From: Spirochaetia bacterium
GTDB lineage: Bacteria; Spirochaetota; Spirochaetia; WTKD01; G963693115
Direction: 5' to 3'
Assembly: GCA_965226055.1 (NCBI GenBank)
Contig: CBDDCA010000002.1
Span: 64,001-128,000 of the forward strand
DNA length: 64,000 nucleotides
Shown here: one piece after another, positions 20,879 to 31,442 of the stretch
Numbering within the stretch: the first letter of the stretch is position 1
How the letters are laid out: each line of letters opens with the position of its first letter
Translations under genes and position numbers: made by a program
Notes under the pieces: model-generated
What the model was told of the DNA's origin: nothing
Seen by the model: only the letters and a program-made list of their open reading frames with translations
Database searches by the model: none

Positions 20879-22390
20879 TTACTCTTGTTGTAATTCATAA
20901 TGGTTTATTGCATGTATAAATGCTTGGACACTTGCTTCTAATATATTAGTAGAAGAAGCTCGTCCTATGCATTCACGATTATTTATGCTTGTCACGGCTA
21001 CTGCTTCACCTAGTGCATTTGTTCCAGGGCTGATTGCTGTAACATGATATTCTTCAAGAACGATATTATACTCCACTAAAGAAGATATAGCACTGAAGAT
21101 AGCATCAATAGGACCATCTCCTGAGGCTTCTGCTTTTTTTATGTTTCCTTTGTAGCTAATACTCACCACTGCTTTAGGATCTGTTCCAGGTTTAAGAAAC
21201 ATAGAAAAGTCTTCAATTTTGAAAAATTGACTCTGATTATTTTCTATAAAGCTACTTGCTATTACAATAAGGTCGGTATCATAAATTTCTTTTTTCTTAT
21301 CAGCTATTTCAAGAAATTTTTGATATATTTCTTGTATCTGCTGTTCTTCTACATGAATATTAAGATATTGTAATCTATTGCGTAACCCATGTAATCCTGA
21401 ATGTCTTCCTAGTACAATATTTTTGCTTGTGCGTCCAACATAGTCAGGAGTAAGAATTTCATATGTACTTCTATGTTTGAGTATTCCATCTTGGTGGATG
21501 CCTGCTTCGTGAGCGAAAGCATTTTCTCCTATAATTGCTTTATTTCGAGGAATAGGAAACCCAATAGTAGAACTTACTAGTTTTGATATAGAGAAGATTT
21601 TTTTATGATCAACATGTGTTTCTACTCCCCAATAGTCTTTTCTAATACCTAATCCAGTTATCACTTCTTCCATAGCAGCGTTTCCTGCACGTTCTCCAAT
21701 TCCGTTTACGGTAACTTCTGCTTGACGAGCTCCAGCCTTAATAGCACTAAGAGTATTTGCTGTTGCTAATCCTAAGTCATCATGACAGTGTATAGAAATA
21801 GTGATAGCATCTATATTTTTTACATGCTCTTTTAAGTAACGTATATAATCATACACTTCTGTTGGGGTAGCATAGCCTACTGTATCAGGAATATTTACTA
21901 CATCTGCACCAGCTTCAATTACTGCTTGCACTATTTGTGCTAAAAAATCTTTTTCTGTACGTAATGCATCTTCGGGTGAAAACTCTACTTCTGCACAGCG
22001 TTTTTTTGCATATGCTACTGCCCATGTTGCAATATCAATTATTTCTTCTTTTGATTTTTTGAGTTTATATTGTCGATGAATAGGAGAGCTAGCAAGGAAA
22101 GTATGAATACGAGGTTTTTCTGCTGGTTCTAATGCCTTTGCTGCTTGATCAATGTCTTTTTGTACCGCTCTTGCAAGACCAGTGATAGTAGCATTTCTCA
22201 CTTGTTGAGAAATAAGCTGTGTAGCATTGAACTGTTTTGGTGAAGATATAGGAAAACCAGCTTCTATAACATCAATGCCCATATCAGCAAGAGAATGAGC
22301 AATTTTTACTTTTTGTTCAATATCCATTGAGGCTCCGGGAGATTGTTCTCCGTCTCTCAAGGTTGTGTCAAATACTTTTACTTTTTCCAT
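20879..22390 (-). CDS. leuA: 2-isopropylmalate synthase
   Basis: FDTTLRDGEQSPG, HCHDDLGLA, GIGERAGN, HEAGIHQDG. Confidence 0.95.
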   Translation of the reverse strand: MEKVKVFDTTLRDGEQSPGASMDIEQKVKIAHSLADMGIDVIEAGFPISSPKQFNATQLISQQVRNATITGLARAVQKDIDQAAKALEPAEKPRIHTFLASSPIHRQYKLKKSKEEIIDIATWAVAYAKKRCAEVEFSPEDALRTEKDFLAQIVQAVIEAGADVVNIPDTVGYATPTEVYDYIRYLKEHVKNIDAITISIHCHDDLGLATANTLSAIKAGARQAEVTVNGIGERAGNAAMEEVITGLGIRKDYWGVETHVDHKKIFSISKLVSSTIGFPIPRNKAIIGENAFAHEAGIHQDGILKHRSTYEILTPDYVGRTSKNIVLGRHSGLHGLRNRLQYLNIHVEEQQIQEIYQKFLEIADKKKEIYDTDLIVIASSFIENNQSQFFKIEDFSMFLKPGTDPKAVVSISYKGNIKKAEASGDGPIDAIFSAISSLVEYNIVLEEYHVTAISPGTNALGEAVAVTSINNRECIGRASSTNILEASVQAFIHAINHYELQQE

Positions 22391-22436
22391 ACTACCTCCT
22401 TAGATTGTATGTGTCATTAACAATACAGTGAATAAT

Positions 22437-22467
22437 AAAAAAGCCGTCCATGAAGGACGGCTTTTTT
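22437..22467 (-). terminator. Attenuator terminator hairpin upstream of leuA
   Basis: AAAAAAGCCGTCC-TTCAT-GGACGGCTTTTTT on the minus strand, 46 nt before the leuA ATG. Confidence 0.85.
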
Positions 22468-22486
22468 ATCCTTCTTCCTTCTATCT

Positions 22487-22537
22487 TTATGAGATAAGAA
22501 GAAGAATTATTGACTGTATTGTTATATTTCTTTCCAT
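22487..22537 (-). CDS. Leader peptide MERNITIQSIILLLIS (Ile/Leu attenuation)
   Basis: 16 codons with 5 Ile and 3 tandem CTT Leu, lying between a consensus promoter and the terminator. Confidence 0.8.
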   Translation of the reverse strand: MERNITIQSIILLLIS

Positions 22538-22565
22538 AAAAATACCATAGTGTATCTTTCTTTCT

Positions 22566-22594
22566 ATTATAAGTAGAAGAAACAAATATGTCAA
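22566..22594 (-). promoter_or_regulatory. Sigma70 promoter of the leuA-cimA leader
   Basis: TTGACA (22594-22589), 17-nt spacer, TATAAT (22571-22566). Confidence 0.85.
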
Positions 22595-22670
22595 GTGTAA
22601 CGGAAACTCATGGTGCCACTACAAATTATTTTGTGCAAGAAACAATAAAATATATTACAATAAAGTACAT

Positions 22671-23270
22671 ATGGCAAACTCAAACAGTTGGGAAAAAATA
22701 TTTGAAGATTACAATATATTATCTCACAATTTTGACAAATCTCCTTTTGAGATTACCAGTGAAATGATAAAAAAAAGCTGCCAAGATTTTGAAAAAACAG
22801 GTGAGAAAGAAGTAAGAATACTTTGTAAGCAAGATTCAAGAGAAGACAGACCTGATATAATGATAGAGCATGGTTTGTTTTTGCTTCCAATTAAAAATGG
22901 AACATATATCATCTTAAAAGGTGAAGGGTATACTGATATTCCAGATATTACTTTGGAAAGTGAAACATATATTTCTAAATTATCATTTACTCCTGATAGT
23001 GTTAAGGTAGGAAATTCTGAAATGCAACATCTGGATTATGCCTATGCATGTAGTATTGTTCGCACCTTTATGGATGATGAAGATCTCATGCTAACGATAC
23101 GAGGAAGAAAATATACTCCTCAATTTTCATTTAATATAAAAAATCACAAAATTATGGTAGAAAGTGTACAAACAGAAGTAGATGCAGGTTACGAAAGTAA
23201 GGATAAAATAGTCCTTATTGAAGCAAAAAATTCACATACTAAAAATGTAATAAATAGTATTAATGAGTAA
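22671..23270 (+). pseudogene. Putative type II restriction endonuclease, apparently C-terminally truncated
   Basis: PD-(D/E)xK-like motif EVDAGYE...IEAKN only about 12 aa before the stop; overlaps a methyltransferase gene. Confidence 0.55.
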
Positions 23271-24111
23271 TACATATACCCTTATTGAAGGTGATTGCCT
23301 TGAAAAATTAGAACATATAGAAAAAAAATCAATCGATATGATATTTGCTGATCCTCCCTATTTTCTTTCTAATGATGGGTTTACTTGCAAAGGAGGAAAA
23401 GCTGTTAGTGTAAATAAGGGCGATTGGGATAAAAGCATGGGCTTTGAAAACAATATCATGTTTACTGAAAAATGGATTGCCAAGTGTAAAGAATTACTTA
23501 CTGATAATGGTACTATATGGATATCTGGAACAATGCATAATATTTATGCTGTAGGATATATTTTACAAAAATTACATTTTTCAATTATGAATGATATTTC
23601 TTGGTACAAACCCAATGCTCCGCCACATATAGCCTGTAGATATTTCGCTCATGCCCACGAAACACTTTTATGGGCTAAAAAAACAAAAAAAGCAAAGCAT
23701 ACATTTCATTATGAGTACATGAAAAACTGGGATAATACAAAAGATATGATAAAAAATGCTGGAAAACAAATGAGAAGTGTATGGAGCATCCCTTTAACTC
23801 CACAAAAAGAAAAAAAAGAAGGCAAACATCCTACTCAAAAGCCTGAAGAACTTTTACGAAGGATAATTCTATCATCTACCAATGAAGGAGATATGGTGCT
23901 TGATCCTTTTATGGGAAGTGGTACTACAGGTAAGGTTGCTCTAGAATGTAATAGAAATTTTATTGGTATAGAATCTCATAAAGAATATATTGCTATTGCA
24001 AAAAAAAGAATAGAGAACATGTCACAACAGGAAAAGTATTATACACTACAATTTCTTGAAAATGAAAAACTGATAGAGCCTGACTTAGATACAAAAGTTA
24101 CACTAAACTAA
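23263..24111 (+). CDS. Beta-class N6-adenine DNA methyltransferase, DpnA/M2.DpnII-like
   Basis: DMIFADPPYFLSNDG...VSVNKGDWDK, HPTQKP, VLDPFMGSGTT. Confidence 0.9.
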   Translation: MSNTYTLIEGDCLEKLEHIEKKSIDMIFADPPYFLSNDGFTCKGGKAVSVNKGDWDKSMGFENNIMFTEKWIAKCKELLTDNGTIWISGTMHNIYAVGYILQKLHFSIMNDISWYKPNAPPHIACRYFAHAHETLLWAKKTKKAKHTFHYEYMKNWDNTKDMIKNAGKQMRSVWSIPLTPQKEKKEGKHPTQKPEELLRRIILSSTNEGDMVLDPFMGSGTTGKVALECNRNFIGIESHKEYIAIAKKRIENMSQQEKYYTLQFLENEKLIEPDLDTKVTLN

Positions 24112-24179
24112 TATCTTTTGCCTGCTGCGATCTCAAAGACTCAGTGCAGTATTTTTGCATTTGTTTTATACTATGAGTA

Positions 24180-25763
24180 ATGTCTATGTTTTATTCTCAA
24201 GAGGAGACAAAACAATTTCTTAGTACTCATACTATTGTGCCAGTAGTTTCTCTTATACCGATGAACTTTGATAGTTCTCTTTCTATTTTTCTTAAGGTAA
24301 AAGGAAATTTTTTGCTTGAATCGGCTGAAAGTGCCGAATCGATGGGACGATATTCTTTTATTGCAATAGAAGCTCAAAGAAAATTTATACTACAAGAAAC
24401 AAGCGTGGAAGATTGGAAGAAAAATAGCATAAATGGGGAATTTGATCGTATAGCAATAAAACATATGAGAAATCCTCTTGATTACATAAGTGAACAAATG
24501 AAGTTATTTCATGTTGATTCTGATAGTTACTATACATTACCTCCTTTTTGGGGAGGGCTTTTAGGTTATTTTGGATATGAAGGCATTCAATACTTTGAAA
24601 CAATAGAGAATTTACAAAAGAAAAGTTTATTAGATATGCCGCTAGGAATTTTTATTATTCCGCAACAATTACTTGTAGTAGATCATCTTAAAAGACAGCT
24701 CTGGATTATTTCTTATATTGAAAAGCAGGAGCTTGAACAAAGTGGTATATCTTTTGAAAATACTTTTACTGCTATTACGAAAAAACATGAAGAGATTATT
24801 GAAAAAGTAACAGCACCATTACCCTATATTGCGTGGGAATATGAAAAAAGTATTCGAGAACGATCAGCACGTGTACATACTATAAAAAAATTAAATACGC
24901 TAGAAAGACTGAGTGTATTAGAGGATATGTTAGAACCACAATATCATACAAGTGAAGATGAATTTAAAGAAAATGTTCGATATTGTGTAGAAAGAATTTA
25001 TGCAGGAGATATTATTCAAGTAGTGCCTTCTCGTCAAATTTCTATTCATTTTCAACATAAGGATGAAGTCTTATTTTATTTGAGGTTGCGTAATGTAAAC
25101 CCGTCTCCTTATATGTTTTTTCTCCGTTTTGATGATTTTACCATTATAGGAAGTTCCCCTGAAAGTATGGTGTCTCTTGATGAAAATAGAACTATGAGCA
25201 TTAAGCCAATTGCAGGTACTATTCAAAGAGGGAATACAAAAAAAGAAGAGGCTTTGTTACGTACTACTCTTATTTCTGATGAAAAAGAACGTGCTGAACA
25301 TCTTATGCTGGTTGATCTTGCAAGAAATGATCTGCATCGTATTGCGGTTCCCGGTACAGTGACTGTTCCTGATTTTATGCAGATACAGGCTTTTTCTCAT
25401 GTGTTTCATATTGTGTCAAATGTGAAAGGAGAGTTACTTCCTGAATGTAATGGCTTTGATTTGATTAAAGCAAGTTTTCCTGCTGGAACTTTGAGTGGAG
25501 CTCCTAAGATAGAAGCTATGAATATTATTGGAAGAAGAGAATCGTATATGCGAAATATATATGGTGGTATGATAATGGTAATGGGCTTTAATGAGTACAT
25601 AGATTCTTGTATTGCTATACGTACCACTGTAGTCCATAAAAATCGCGCATATTTGCAAGCAGGGGCAGGTATTGTAGCTGATTCAAACGAAGAGAAGGAA
25701 TGGCAGGAAACAGAGCTAAAACTTGGTGCTTTGCTTCAGAGTTTTGTGGATATACGCGAATAA
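24180..25763 (+). CDS. trpE: Anthranilate synthase component I
   Basis: FLLESAE, GRYS, NPSPYM, GSSPE, PIAGT, AEHLMLVDLARND, FPAGTLSGAPK. Confidence 0.93.
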   Translation: MSMFYSQEETKQFLSTHTIVPVVSLIPMNFDSSLSIFLKVKGNFLLESAESAESMGRYSFIAIEAQRKFILQETSVEDWKKNSINGEFDRIAIKHMRNPLDYISEQMKLFHVDSDSYYTLPPFWGGLLGYFGYEGIQYFETIENLQKKSLLDMPLGIFIIPQQLLVVDHLKRQLWIISYIEKQELEQSGISFENTFTAITKKHEEIIEKVTAPLPYIAWEYEKSIRERSARVHTIKKLNTLERLSVLEDMLEPQYHTSEDEFKENVRYCVERIYAGDIIQVVPSRQISIHFQHKDEVLFYLRLRNVNPSPYMFFLRFDDFTIIGSSPESMVSLDENRTMSIKPIAGTIQRGNTKKEEALLRTTLISDEKERAEHLMLVDLARNDLHRIAVPGTVTVPDFMQIQAFSHVFHIVSNVKGELLPECNGFDLIKASFPAGTLSGAPKIEAMNIIGRRESYMRNIYGGMIMVMGFNEYIDSCIAIRTTVVHKNRAYLQAGAGIVADSNEEKEWQETELKLGALLQSFVDIRE

Positions 25764-25795
25764 ATAGAGTATAATAATGCATATAGCGAGGTTGT

Positions 25796-26380
25796 ATGAT
25801 AATAGTAATAGATAATTATGATTCGTTTACCTATAATATTGTAAGTTATTATCAAGGCAAAAAGAAAGATATACGAGTCATACGTAATGATGAGCAGAGT
25901 ATTGAGCAAATAGTATCACAGAATCCAGAATGTATTATTCTTTCCCCTGGACCTAAATCTCCTACAGAAGCAGGAATATGTCTTCGTTTAATACAGCATA
26001 GTGCTGCTATGAAATCACCAATACCTTTGTTTGGGGTATGTTTAGGATGTCAAGCCTTAGCACAAGCCTACGATGCACATATCATTACTGCAAAAAAAAT
26101 GTATCATGGCAAAGTATCGCATATAGAACATGATGGAAAAGGAGTGTTTAGTGGTATAGAAAATCCTATTGTACAAACACGTTACCACTCTCTTGTTATT
26201 GATAAAGCTACATTGTCTCCTGAGTATGAAATAAGTGCTATAAGCGAAGATGGTGAGATTATGGGAATTCGGCATACACGGTTGCCTTTTGAGGGAGTGC
26301 AGTTTCATCCTGAATCTATTTCGTCAGTGCATGGGACTACTATACTTGATAATGCTTTGTCATATATGAAGCGTACATGA
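25796..26380 (+). CDS. trpG: Anthranilate synthase component II (glutamine amidotransferase)
   Basis: IDNYDSFTYN, SPGP, GVCLG, RYHSL, QFHPES; lies between trpE and trpD. Confidence 0.92.
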   Translation: MIIVIDNYDSFTYNIVSYYQGKKKDIRVIRNDEQSIEQIVSQNPECIILSPGPKSPTEAGICLRLIQHSAAMKSPIPLFGVCLGCQALAQAYDAHIITAKKMYHGKVSHIEHDGKGVFSGIENPIVQTRYHSLVIDKATLSPEYEISAISEDGEIMGIRHTRLPFEGVQFHPESISSVHGTTILDNALSYMKRT

Positions 26381-26412
26381 ATATATAAAAGAGAATAGGG
26401 AGTACTATTACT

Positions 26413-27474
26413 ATGTTGAGAGATTGTATTGAAAGTATACTTGAACAAAAGAATATAAGTCTCGTTCAAGCAAAGGCTATTATGGATCAGATAGCAAGCG
26501 GTGCATTATCGCCTGAAGAAATAGCTATGTTTCTTACTGCTATGAGAATGAAGCAGGAAAGTGCAGATGAGATTGCAGGGGTAGTAATGAGTGCAAAAGA
26601 GCATGCTATCTCTTTGCCACTGCTAGCAAAATACGATACATTATGTGATATTGTAGGTACAGGTGGAGATGGAAGTAATACTATCAATATTTCTACTCTT
26701 AGTGGTTTTATTGCAGCAGGGGCAGGAGCGAAGGTTGCAAAGCATGGAAACAGAGCAGTATCTTCAAAATGTGGAAGTGCAGATGTACTTGAAGCTCTTG
26801 ATGTAAATATTCAGGCATCAAAAGAAACAGTAGCACATATGATTGATAAGGCAGGTATGGGGTTTATGTTTGCTCCTCTGTATCATCCAGCAATGAAATA
26901 TGTTGCTCCTGTTCGTAAAGCATTAAAGATACGTACTTTGTTTAATATATTAGGGCCACTTATCAACCCTGCATCTGTTCCAAATATACTTTTAGGAGTA
27001 TACAGTCGTGAAAAAATGGAGCTTATGGCACATGCTCTCCTCCGTTTACATACTGTTCATGCAATGGTGGTATGGTCTCATGACAATACCGATGAAATAA
27101 GTGTGAGTGCAGACACAGAAATCATGGAAGTAAAAAATCTTGAAATAAAACGCTATACTATTCAGCCAAAAGAGTATGGATTTCATTATCAAAAAGAAAG
27201 TGATATACAAAAAGTACAGCAGGAAATACAAGGAGGAAGTGCTACCGATAATGCACAAAAAATAGTACAGGTACTGCAACAAAAGAGTACAGGTGTAGTA
27301 AGAGATATTGGTATAATGAATGCAGCAGCACTGTTGTATGTCTCAGGGCTGTGTTCTTCTATTGAAGAAGGCATTGACAAAGCAAGCGAATCTATTGATA
27401 GCGGAAAAGCCTTGCAATGTTTAGAGAGCATGCGGATGGTGAGTAAAAGCGATATGCAAAGTAATGCTATTTGA
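26413..27474 (+). CDS. trpD: Anthranilate phosphoribosyltransferase
   Basis: DIVGTGGDG, NIST, KHGNRAVSSKCGSAD, FAPLYHPAM, RTLFNILGP. Confidence 0.97.
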   Translation: MLRDCIESILEQKNISLVQAKAIMDQIASGALSPEEIAMFLTAMRMKQESADEIAGVVMSAKEHAISLPLLAKYDTLCDIVGTGGDGSNTINISTLSGFIAAGAGAKVAKHGNRAVSSKCGSADVLEALDVNIQASKETVAHMIDKAGMGFMFAPLYHPAMKYVAPVRKALKIRTLFNILGPLINPASVPNILLGVYSREKMELMAHALLRLHTVHAMVVWSHDNTDEISVSADTEIMEVKNLEIKRYTIQPKEYGFHYQKESDIQKVQQEIQGGSATDNAQKIVQVLQQKSTGVVRDIGIMNAAALLYVSGLCSSIEEGIDKASESIDSGKALQCLESMRMVSKSDMQSNAI

Positions 27475-27526
27475 AAAAATACTATTTTTGTACTGTTAAT
27501 ACTACAATATCCTGTATACTTAAATA

Positions 27527-28261
27527 ATGAATACTACTGTTTCTCCAATAAGCATTTCAACATTACTTTTATTGTTTATTCCTATAAGTATATCACTTGC
27601 TATTCTCTTTCGTAAAAAAGTTGCATTTGGTAATACGCTCTATGCGTTTTTACGTATGATAGTACAGCTTATCATTGTTGGGTTTACATTAAACTTTATT
27701 TTTGCTTCAAATAATGGGTTTTTTGTGATAATAGTACTATTAGTCATGATATTGGTTTCTAGTTGGATATCCATCAGAACTCTTCATAAAGGGAAAAAGC
27801 ATATATTTCCCTCTGCTTTTTTAGCTATTCTTATTGGTGGTGGGTTTCACGTATTTTTTATGACTCAGGTAATTATACGCATTCGTCCTTGGTTTTATCC
27901 TACCTCAATGATACCCTTATCAGGAATGATATTTTCAAGTTCATTAAATGGTATCAGTCTTTTTATTGAAAGATACCAAAGAGAGAGAAATAATGGTGTT
28001 TTTGTACATCAAGCTGAAAAATTTGCATTTCATGCTGCGCTTATTCCTGCAATAAATAATTTTTTTGCGGTGGGGCTAGTATCATTTCCTGGACTTATGA
28101 CAGGACAAATATTGTCAGGCATATCTCCTTTTGTTGCAGTAAGGTATCAGATTGTAATACTTACAATGATTGTAAGCTCACAGATTCTTGTCATATACTT
28201 ATTTTCACGGTTTATTAGAAAAAAACATGAACTATGTTTGTACACAGAGGATAGAGTGTAG
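27527..28261 (+). CDS. UPF0014 / FetB(YbbM)-like ABC permease
   Basis: RMIVQLIIVG, IPLSGMI, VGLVSFPGLMTGQILSG..P..AVRYQI; multiple TM helices. Confidence 0.85.
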   Translation: MNTTVSPISISTLLLLFIPISISLAILFRKKVAFGNTLYAFLRMIVQLIIVGFTLNFIFASNNGFFVIIVLLVMILVSSWISIRTLHKGKKHIFPSAFLAILIGGGFHVFFMTQVIIRIRPWFYPTSMIPLSGMIFSSSLNGISLFIERYQRERNNGVFVHQAEKFAFHAALIPAINNFFAVGLVSFPGLMTGQILSGISPFVAVRYQIVILTMIVSSQILVIYLFSRFIRKKHELCLYTEDRV

Positions 28262-28278
28262 TATACTATACTCATAGT

Positions 28279-29763
28279 ATGATGAGTAAGATTAAATATA
28301 AAGCATATACATTTGATGATGTTCTTCTGCTTCCATCATATAGCGATGTTGTTCCTTCCGAAATTTCCCTTAAAACACAGATAACAAGAAATATTTCCTT
28401 AGAAATTCCCTTAATATCTGCAGCTATGGACACAGTTACAGAAACTAAAATGGCAATCGCTCTTGCCGAACAAGGAGGAATTGGTATTATTCATAAAAAT
28501 AATACCATACAAGAACAATCTGCAATGGTGTCTGCAGTAAAAAAGTATATCTCAGGAGTAGTAAGAAACCCAGTTACTATACCATCGTATAAAAAAGTGT
28601 CAGATCTTATGGATACAATACAGAGGAATCATTTTACTGGTATGCCTGTTGTTGATGAGGGAGTACTAAAAGGCATTGTAACGAGCAGAGATATTCGTTA
28701 TGCTCAAGATCTTTCAGTTTCTATCTCTTCAATTATGACAAAAAGAGAAAGGCTTATTACTGCTACAGAATCTACTTCTTTGGATGATATAAAGCATTTA
28801 ATGTATAAACATAGATTGGAAAAAATTATACTTATTGATAACAATTCTCAGGATACTTTGTTAGGGCTGGTTACCATGAAAGATATTGAAAAATCTATTT
28901 ATTTTCCTTTTGCCACTAAAGATAAAGCAGGAAAATTAAGGGTAGGAGCTGCTCTTGGGACATCACCTGATACAGAGGAACGAGCGGAAGCCTTAGTTGA
29001 GGCAGGAGTTGATATTTTAGTAGTAGATAGTGCTCATGGACATTCAAAAGGAGTGTTGGAAACTGTTCAATATTTGCGTAATCGATTTAGTTCTGTAGAT
29101 ATTATTGGAGGAAATGTTTCTACTCCTGAAGCTGCTATGGCGTTACAGAAAGTAGGGGTTGATGCTATAAAAATTGGTATGGGACCTGGCTCCATATGCT
29201 CAACAAGAATTATTGCAGGAATAGGAGTGCCTCAGATTACTGCTCTGCTTACTATTTATGAGAAAATGAAAGATTCAAATATTCCACTGATTGCTGATGG
29301 AGGAATCCGTTATTCTGGGGATATTGCAAAAGCATTTGCAGCAGGAGCAGATACTGTGATGCTAGGAAGTATGTTTGCTGGCACAGAAGAATCTGCAGGA
29401 GAAATTGAAATATTTAATGGAAGAAATTTTAAGGTATATCGAGGTATGGGATCTTTAGGAGCTATGAATAAGCTAGGTGATAGAAATCGTTATTTTCAAG
29501 ATAAAATTGTAAATGCTAAAACAGTACCCGAAGGAGTAGAAGGAAGAGTACCATATAAAGGGAACATTTCATCGGTTATACAACAGCTTGTAGGGGGAGT
29601 ACGACAAAGTTTAGGGTATACAGGATGTAAGTCTATTTATGAAATGAAAGAAAAGGCTGAGTTTGTAGAAATAACAAATGCAGGCATGCGTGAAAGCCAT
29701 GTTCATGATATACAGATAACAAAGGAAGCACCAAACTATGTGCGTGATTCTTTTTGCTCATAA
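28279..29763 (+). CDS. guaB: IMP dehydrogenase
   Basis: TFDDVLLLP, SAAMDTVTE, CBS pair, GPGSICSTR, YRGMGSLGAM. Confidence 0.98.
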   Translation: MMSKIKYKAYTFDDVLLLPSYSDVVPSEISLKTQITRNISLEIPLISAAMDTVTETKMAIALAEQGGIGIIHKNNTIQEQSAMVSAVKKYISGVVRNPVTIPSYKKVSDLMDTIQRNHFTGMPVVDEGVLKGIVTSRDIRYAQDLSVSISSIMTKRERLITATESTSLDDIKHLMYKHRLEKIILIDNNSQDTLLGLVTMKDIEKSIYFPFATKDKAGKLRVGAALGTSPDTEERAEALVEAGVDILVVDSAHGHSKGVLETVQYLRNRFSSVDIIGGNVSTPEAAMALQKVGVDAIKIGMGPGSICSTRIIAGIGVPQITALLTIYEKMKDSNIPLIADGGIRYSGDIAKAFAAGADTVMLGSMFAGTEESAGEIEIFNGRNFKVYRGMGSLGAMNKLGDRNRYFQDKIVNAKTVPEGVEGRVPYKGNISSVIQQLVGGVRQSLGYTGCKSIYEMKEKAEFVEITNAGMRESHVHDIQITKEAPNYVRDSFCS

Positions 29764-29820
29764 TGAGTATAGTGATATTTCTATTTTCTATAATGTATAT
29801 ACTAAGATAGTATAAAGAGT

Positions 29821-31440
29821 ATGCAAACAAAACAGGATAGTATTCTTATTATTGATTTTGGTTCTCAATATACTCAGCTTATTGCAAGACGAGTGCGTGA
29901 ACAAAATATATTCTCTATTGTTGTTCCTTATACATATACCAAAGAGCAGATACATTCGCTTGTTATCAAGGAACATATGGTGATAAGAGGGATTATTTTA
30001 TCAGGAGGACCTGGCTCTGTTATTGAACATGATCATCCTACTATACCACAGTATGTATTTGAATACGAACTTCCACTGCTTGGTATTTGTTATGGTATGC
30101 AAGCCTTAGTGTTACATGAGAATGGCACTGTCCAATCTTCTGTATCAACACAGTCGTCTCATACATCAAATGGAAACAATGGAGAATATGGAAAAACCGA
30201 TATTTTCTTTGATACGAAAAGCGAGATTTTTTCAAGCATTGTTCAGAAACACAATCATGTTTCTAAATCGATTACTGTATGGATGAGTCATGGAGATAGC
30301 GTTGATACACTTCCTAGTGGGTATACTATACTAGCTCGTACAGAGAACGGTGTTATTGCAGCAATACATCATAAGACAAAAGCAATTCTTGCGTTACAGT
30401 TTCATCCCGAGCTTAGCCATACACAGTATGGTGAAACTATATTAGCGTATTTCTTGTTTGATATGTGTCATTGTTCAAAGACATGGAATATCGCAACATT
30501 GATTGATGATTACATTACTGATATTCAACGCACAGTACAGGATAAGCAGGTGCTTTTAGCTATTTCTGGTGGAGTAGATTCTGCTGTACTAGCATTATTA
30601 CTCCATAAAGCATTGGGCAATAAACTGCATTGCTTTTTTGTTGATAACGGCTTGCTCCGCAAGAATGAAGCTCATATGGTACTACATACTCTTTCTGATA
30701 CTATGGGCTTGACTGTCAAAAAGATAGAAGCACAGCATCTGTTTTTACAAGCACTAGAACACAGTAGTGATCCAGAAGAAAAAAGAAAAATAATTGGGAG
30801 AATGTTTATACAGGTGTTTGAGCAAGAAGCGAAAAGTATTCCTTCTTTAGATTTTCTTGCACAAGGGACAATATATCCTGATTGTATAGAGTCTGCCCGT
30901 TCTCAAGCAAACACAGCACACGTAATAAAATCTCATCATAATGTAGGAGGGCTTCCAGAGAGACTTTCTCTACGATTGTTGGAGCCACTTAGTAATCTGT
31001 TTAAGGATGAAGTAAAAAAGCTAGGAAAAGCGTTAGGACTGGATGACAGTATTTTATACAGGCATCCTTTTCCTGGTCCAGGGTTAGCTGTACGAATTCT
31101 TGGAAAAATAGATGCACATAAAATTCAGAAATTGCAAGCTGCTGATTCTATTTTTATTGAGGAGCTTCATGCGTATAATTTATACCACTCAGTAAGTCAA
31201 GCATTTGCTGTATATATCCCCGTAAAAAGTGTCGGGGTAGTAGGAGACAGAAGATCGTATGAAGATATCATTGCATTGCGAGCAGTTGAGACAGTGGATT
31301 TTATGTCAGCACGATGGGCTGCATTACCACAGAAATTTCTTGCTCATGTTTCTAATAAAATAGTAAATTCAGTACAGGGCATAAGCAGAGTGGTATATGA
31401 TATATCAGATAAACCACCAGCTACTATAGAATGGGAATAG
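29821..31440 (+). CDS. guaA: GMP synthase
   Basis: DFGSQYTQLIARR, SGGVDS, KSHHNVGGLP, KPPATIEWE. Confidence 0.98.
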   Translation: MQTKQDSILIIDFGSQYTQLIARRVREQNIFSIVVPYTYTKEQIHSLVIKEHMVIRGIILSGGPGSVIEHDHPTIPQYVFEYELPLLGICYGMQALVLHENGTVQSSVSTQSSHTSNGNNGEYGKTDIFFDTKSEIFSSIVQKHNHVSKSITVWMSHGDSVDTLPSGYTILARTENGVIAAIHHKTKAILALQFHPELSHTQYGETILAYFLFDMCHCSKTWNIATLIDDYITDIQRTVQDKQVLLAISGGVDSAVLALLLHKALGNKLHCFFVDNGLLRKNEAHMVLHTLSDTMGLTVKKIEAQHLFLQALEHSSDPEEKRKIIGRMFIQVFEQEAKSIPSLDFLAQGTIYPDCIESARSQANTAHVIKSHHNVGGLPERLSLRLLEPLSNLFKDEVKKLGKALGLDDSILYRHPFPGPGLAVRILGKIDAHKIQKLQAADSIFIEELHAYNLYHSVSQAFAVYIPVKSVGVVGDRRSYEDIIALRAVETVDFMSARWAALPQKFLAHVSNKIVNSVQGISRVVYDISDKPPATIEWE

Positions 31441-31442
31441 AG

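Noticed and set aside
24112-24179. trp attenuator or T-box
   Set aside because: No Trp-codon leader or terminator hairpin; the gap is too short
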